From Podarcis tiliguerta (Eukaryota): DNA of 64,000 bases. The notes beneath the pieces were generated by a model that made no database searches, had not been told where the DNA came from, and saw only the letters and a list, made by a program, of their open reading frames with translations. Made by a program: the position numbers and the translations under genes. The stretch lies in the NCBI GenBank assembly GCA_965153285.1, contig OZ229118.1. The stretch is one strand, 5' to 3'. Positions within the stretch are counted from its first letter, which is position 1, and every line of letters starts with the position of its first letter. Shown one piece after another: positions 61,286 through 64,000 of this stretch.

Positions 61286-63695
61286 AGGTAAGACAATTGG
61301 GGTTTTTTAAAACGACAACAATAGTGGTGGTTAATCAGAGAGTTGCAGTCAGAGGCTTTTCAACATATCACGAGGCAAAGGTTTTTATATCTGCCATTTG
61401 ATTATAATTAAGCAAAATGTTTCCCCCCTCTATCCAATAATATTGTCTATACTGTATAAATTAAAGATTATTTCATAGGTTCCAATGTTCTTAGTGGTTA
61501 ATTATGAAACTATGTCAAGATGTAACTTAAGTGGTTTTTAATTCTGTGCAGTGTAGACAAACTCCCACAGGCTAAGCATTTTCTCACTTAGATCTCTCTT
61601 ATACACATTCTCTGCTTCTTTGTCTGTCTCTGTTTGTCTCTATCAATCATTTTAAAGTTCTAAAAAAACCAAAACCCTATAATGAGCCTTTTTTTAAGTT
61701 CAGAGCATCCTGCCAAAGATATGGCCAGGATCCAAAGAATTATGGAATCACTTCCAGGAACCCAAGTGCCCTTTCTCTCTGCCTCCACATACCATGCCAC
61801 ATGGCTTTGAAAGTAAGGCAAGCCTTAGTACCCCGTGATACTATATGAGTGCTCAACAGCAGTCAATAAATTTTGGTTTGGCTTAATAGCCAGCAGTTAC
61901 TAGGTTTTCAAATGTCTTCTTCCAAATGCCCCCAGGTGAGGTACAAGGAAACACAAGAGAGGCTGTTTTCAATGTTCCCACCCATCTGTGAAGTGCTGTC
62001 TTCAAGTTTCCCTGGGTACATAATTTTTTTGTTTTCTTGTGTCTTTTAATACTTCTAAATTTGGTCTCATTCCCTGTTTATGGTGAGGGGTGACTAACCT
62101 GAGAGGCATGTTCACCTCCAAGGACAATGTGGCAGTCAAAAGTGGTTCTGGCCACCCTACACTCACACATGCATGCACACACACACAGGTGCACAGTCCC
62201 AAAGCTGATCTATGCAGATCAGCTGAGAAGGGGGGGGGGGATATTATCCCCCATTGATCGATCAATCTGAGGGCTAAGTTTTAGCAGTTTGCATCTTCAT
62301 CAGGGTGCTAGACTGCCAAATCACAGGTGAATTGATAGGGTCCTGCAGAGGAATAAATATTGGGGGGGGGGATGAGATGCAGATTAGCTTCTTCTTATTT
62401 ATAAGCTGATTTTGTTTTAAATATAGCTATACCTTTTATTGCTTTGTTTTATTGTAATAGATTTATATTGAGTAAAGCAATCCTGGATTGTTATTTTTTT
62501 TATACAGGATCTCAAACAATTATGTATAGTAGCCCAACTCTGCTACTTACCCCATCCCTAAGCTCTCTAGCACATGCAGAGAACTCAGCAAAAATAGGTG
62601 CTGCTTTTCTCATTATGTATCATAGATAAATTAAAAAAGAAAGTACACTTGGTGAGCTACAGTCCGACAGTCTGTCCGCCCCCCCCCCCCCCATTTGCTG
62701 CAGCTCCCTGCATTGTAGGCCTTTCCTAAAGGCCTCCACTTCTCAGGAATTTCCCAGGAGAGACTTGTGGTGGGCAAGGGCACAAAGAAGGGCCGCTAGC
62801 CCCTTACCCCTGTAGCAGGCATAGAACATCATAGCAGTAAGTTCCTGTGAGGGATTGGTCTCGAGTGTAGGGGGGGAAAGCTGTCAAAAATGCTGTCAAA
62901 AGAACTGAAGGTACTGCTTGAAGTAAAGCACATGAAATACTGCTGCAGTGAGACATTAAATAATGGAGTCAGTCAAAGACAAACCCTTTCTTTGCTTTAA
63001 AGAGTTAGTGCTTTCAGAATACTCGATCGTCATTTCAAATATTTCACAATATTTGACTGGTGGATTGACCAATGATTTTTGACTAATCAAAAGCACAACT
63101 TCAACACGCATCTTGTTTTCTATTTATTTATTTTGATAGGGGATATCCTTTCAAAGCACTACAGCAAAAGCACTCCTGAAAGTTACATCCATGTGTCTTT
63201 CATAGCTAGACAGCAGGTTAAAATTCAATAGACTTAGCCTCTTTTATCACTGTATCTGCAGCTCTTGAACTTCTCCTTGTCATGAGACATTTAAAACACA
63301 GAAACCCTGCCAGCAAATGTGAACCTTATCAGAAAACACACACATCATTATTGTCTAGTTTCATTTAGGGTTGGGTTTTTGTTTTAATACATAGTGGAGA
63401 GAGAGTGAGAGAGCGCAATGAAGCTAAAAGGAGCCTGGCTACTTTGAGTATTATTATTGGTTCCTATGTACTTCTACTCTTTTCCCTACACATGGAGGGT
63501 TTCCCCAGGTGCAATAAGGAACTGGCAGTCATGCTAGAGAACCATTAATACTTTAGCTGCTTACTTCATTCCTTCCTCAAAATGTGAGAGGAGAGTGAGA
63601 CCTCAGAAGACTCAGGGGAAGGGTTTTGCTTCAATTTTTGCTGAGCTTTAGAGAAGATGAAAGTGATGTGGATCTTCCCTGCTTCTATGTCTTGA

Positions 63696-63700
<5 letters not shown>

Positions 63701-63756
<56 letters not shown>

Positions 63757-63762
63757 TGTGTG
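63701..63762. repeat. Compound microsatellite (TC)19(TG)12
   Basis: Read directly from the sequence. Confidence 0.95.
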
Positions 63763-64000
63763 TAAAAGAGAAAGAGACACTCAATCCTTTACTCCCCTGA
63801 TTTCTTTGTGTATTTTGGGACTAAGCTAGATGTGGAATTAATGAATGCCATTAACAGACCCATTTTTTTGTTTGTTATGTAAATAGCAGGTAAGGGAAGC
63901 CTGAACAGTCTTGGAATGCTGGGGGTGAGAGGGGAAGTATGACTTTTTTCTGCCATAGTCCTGAGCTCCTGTTAACATGCAATTAACATGTTTGGCCCTC

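Noticed and set aside
1-64000. Most 60-160 aa ORFs in the six-frame track
   Set aside because: Short, often starting at GTG/TTG, and compositionally random or derived from repeats and microsatellites. This is expected noise in vertebrate non-coding DNA. Only the Bov-B, CR1, L2 and Penelope pieces carry recognisable motifs.
1-64000. CRISPR array, operon or other prokaryotic/viral system
   Set aside because: No regularly spaced repeat-spacer array, no gene-dense segment and no long ORF. The repeat content is squamate.

Overview
Vertebrate genomic DNA from a squamate reptile, probably a lacertid lizard (inferred from the Sauria SINE, Bov-B and Squam3-type SINE content). It is AT-rich and essentially intronic or intergenic, with two assembly gaps. 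No complete protein-coding gene, RNA gene or CRISPR array is present, and nearly all ORF-track entries are noise. Retroelements: three Sauria SINEs, a young 5'-truncated Bov-B LINE, CR1, L2 and Penelope remnants, and other tRNA-derived SINEs. DNA elements: many non-autonomous MITEs of Tc1/mariner-pogo, hAT and PIF/Harbinger type, several with visible TIRs and TSDs. One CpG island at ~53.9-55.15 kb looks like a + strand promoter and first exon. A few short segments have good splice signals (553-591, 20076-20109, 56578-56589) and may be exons of a large + strand host gene that I could not identify. The most unusual structure is a Sauria SINE and its partner Bov-B LINE inserted in tandem at one site, with a triplicated target site and a stuttered 5' junction. 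I found no evidence for a wholly new biological system. Repeat-family names come from recalled consensus features, not a database search.
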